A DNA stretch of 63,684 nucleotides, the filler included, from Octopus bimaculoides (Eukaryota): NCBI RefSeq assembly GCF_001194135.2. It is 9 parts of 9 records of this genome, joined end to end, with 100 filler letters (N's around TTAATTAATTAA, not from the genome) between each part and the next. Parts side by side here need not be neighbours in the genome. Positions count along the whole stretch, not along the records: positions 57,754 to 63,684 come from NW_026317554.1; 8 more parts are not named here. One strand, written 5' to 3'. The position numbers and the translations under genes are program-made. The notes under the pieces were generated by a model. It saw nothing but the letters and a program-made list of their open reading frames with translations. It was not told the origin of the DNA and searched no databases. This document shows, piece after piece, positions 60,701 to 63,684 of this stretch (position 1 is its first letter; each line of letters opens with the position of its first letter).

Positions 60701-63684
60701 NNNNNNNNNNNNNNNNNNNNNNNNNNNNNNNNNNNNNNNNNNNNNNNNNNNNNNNNNNNNNNNNNNNNNNNNNNNNNNNNNNNNNNNNNNNNNNNNNNNN
60801 NNNNNNNNNNNNNNNNNNNNNNNNNNNNNNNNNNNNNNNNNNNNNNNNNNNNNNNNNNNNNNNNNNNNNNNNNNNNNNNNNNNNNNNNNNNNNNNNNNNN
60901 NNNNNNNNNNNNNNNNNNNNNNNNNNNNNNNNNNNNNNNNNNNNNNNNNNNNNNNNNNNNNNNNNNNNNNNNNNNNNNNNNNNNNNNNNNNNNNNNNNNN
61001 NNNNNNNNNNNNNNNNNNNNNNNNNNNNNNNNNNNNNNNNNNNNNNNNNNNNNNNNNNNNNNNNNNNNNNNNNNNNNNNNNNNNNNNNNNNNNNNNNNNN
61101 NNNNNNNNNNNNNNNNNNNNNNNNNNNNNNNNNNNNNNNNNNNNNNNNNNNNNNNNNNNNNNNNNNNNNNNNNNNNNNNNNNNNNNNNNNNNNNNNNNNN
61201 NNNNNNNNNNNNNNNGCACGTACGTATGCACGTACGTATGCACGAACGTATGCACGTACGTATGCACGTTCGTACGTAACTAGGTACGTATGTATGTATG
61301 TACGTGCGTACTTATGTATGTAGGTACGTACGTATGTAGGTATGTATGTACGTACGCACGTATGAATGTACGTACGTATGTACGTACCTACATATGTACG
61401 TACGTACGTTCGTCGGCAAGTAGTACGTACGTACGCAGCTTCGTGCGCACGCACCTAGATTCGTACGTATGTACGTACAAATCTATGTTCGTATGTACGC
61501 ATATACATACCTACGTGCGTACATACCTACGTGCATACATGTCTACGTACGTACGTACATACATAGCTACGTATGTACGTACATACATACCTAAATGCGT
61601 ACGTACATACATACGCACCTACTTATGTCCGTACATACGTATATACGTACGTACGTACATATATACCTACGTTCGTAATTTCGCACATACCTACGTACGT
61701 AAGTACGTAATACCTCCGCACGTACATACGTTCATTCGTAACTACGTACGCACGTACATACGTACATACATACCTACGTCCGTACGTAATACCTAACTAC
61801 GTAGGTACGTACGTANNNNNNNNNNNNNNNNNNNNNNNNNNACGTACGTACGTACTTACTTACATACGTACCTATGTACGTACGTATGTACATTCATACC
61901 TACGTAGTTACGTTCGTAAATACATACATACGTACGCACGTTCATGCATACGTACTTACGTACGTACATACCTACGTACGAACATACCTACGTCCATACA
62001 TACGTACGTGCGTGCGTACGTATATACCTACGTACGTACATACCATACGTATATACCATACGTCCGTACACACGTACGTACGAACGTAGGAACTCATGAA
62101 CGTAGAAATTCAGTACATATATTCTTACGTACGTACATACACATGTATGTGCGTACGTATGTATGTACGTATGTATGTACGTATGTATGGACGCACTCAT
62201 GTATATATTTACTTACGTACGTACGTACCTTATTACGTTCCTCCGTATGTACGTACATACGTACCTTATTACCTACATACGTACGTACGTACCTACGTAT
62301 GTACGTACATACATACATATGTACGTACCTACATACATTTGTACCAGTGTACATACCTACGTACATTTGTACCAGTGTACATACCTACGTACATTCGTAC
62401 CTACATAATTATGTACATACCTACGCACGTACGTACGTACGTTCATACGTATCTACGTACGTACATACACACTTACGTACGCACGTACGTACGTACATAC
62501 ATACGTAGTGCGTACGTAGGTACATACATACCTACTTAGGTACTATGTACGTACATACATACCTACGTACGGACGTAAATACATAGCTACGTACGTACTT
62601 AATACCAACATACGTACGTACATACATACCTAAGTACGTACGCACATATATAACTACGTAAGTACGTACGTACATACATACCTTAGTACGTATGTACATA
62701 CATTCCTACGTACGTACGTACGTAAGGATATACCTACGTAAGTACGTGCATACATATCTACGTACGTGCATACGTACGTACATACATACCTAGGTATGTA
62801 CATACCTACCTACGTACATACGTACATAAATACGTATGTGCGTACGTATTTACATACATGCATACCTATGTACGTACGTACGTATGTACATTCATACGTA
62901 CGTACGTACGTAAATACATACATACCTACGTAAGTTCATAATACGTACGAACATACGTGTATAATACGTACTTACGTACATACCTCTGTACCTATGTACG
63001 TATAAACCTACGTACGTACCTACATTCCTAAGTGCGTACGTACATATACACCTACGTACGTACGTACTTACATATATATCTACGTACATACTTACATACC
63101 TAAGTACGTAGGTACGTACCCACGTACGTACATATACATTTAGTTCCCCAGGTATATACATATCTACGGACGGACGTAAGTACGTACATACATACCTACG
63201 TACGTACATACACACCTACGTACGTAAATACCTAAGTACGTAGGTATGTATGTATATATGCATGTAGGTATATACGTACATACATGCGTACGTAGGCATT
63301 ACTTACGTTGGAATNNNNNNNNNNAGGTATATACGTACATACATGCGTACGTAGGCATTACTTACGTTGGAATGGAGGTATGTACGTACGTACGTAGGTA
63401 TGTATGTACGGACGTACGTACGCACGTATGTATGTTCTTATGTATGTAGGTACCTTACTACGTTCCGACGTATGTATGTACATATGTACATGCGTACCTT
63501 CTTAAGTACCCACGTACGAACGTACGTACCTACGTACATTCGTACCTAAGTACGTACGTATCTACGTANNNNNNNNNNTACGTACGTATCTACGTACATG
63601 CCGAGTTGCGTACATACTTATGTACGTACATACTTATGTACGTACATACGCACGTACATACGTACGTACATACGTACGTACATA
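57754..63684. repeat. About 6-kb degenerate satellite built from TACG/CATA/CCTA tetramers
   Basis: Continuous to the window end and CpG-dense. Alternating CATA-rich and TATG-rich blocks; a 12-mer sub-array (GCACGTACGTAT)n lies on both sides of the approx. 700-N gap. Confidence 0.95.

Overview
AT-rich, microsatellite-saturated eukaryotic draft-genome DNA. It is most likely an octopus (cephalopod), inferred from the SINE families, the near-invariant [17 protein letters not shown] zinc-finger array and the repeat landscape. Eight 100-bp spacers (44 N + TTAATTAATTAA + 44 N) show that the window is nine separately assembled pieces, so long-range adjacency is provisional. Most ORFs in the supplied track are artefacts of simple repeats and N runs. 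Supported content: (i) a C2H2 zinc-finger coding segment (28499-29734, +); (ii) four or five short minus-strand exons with good splice sites and partly compatible phases (36931 to 21746) from an unidentified gene, which would host the ZNF antisense in an intron; (iii) many tRNA-derived SINEs of at least three families, RTE and CR1-type LINE fragments, decayed Tigger/pogo, Tc1 (D36E spacing) and two mariner transposons, and a hAT MITE with TIRs and TSD; (iv) several foldback structures; (v) a 6-kb self-complementary TACG-derived satellite. The most striking signal is a dispersed set of type I hammerhead ribozyme motifs with minimal, palindromic stem III. Two have fully intact catalytic cores and unusually long stem II inserts (40151-40279 and 48288-48456), and one lies downstream of a Penelope-like GIY-YIG remnant. 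All structures were read by eye, with no folding or database searches.
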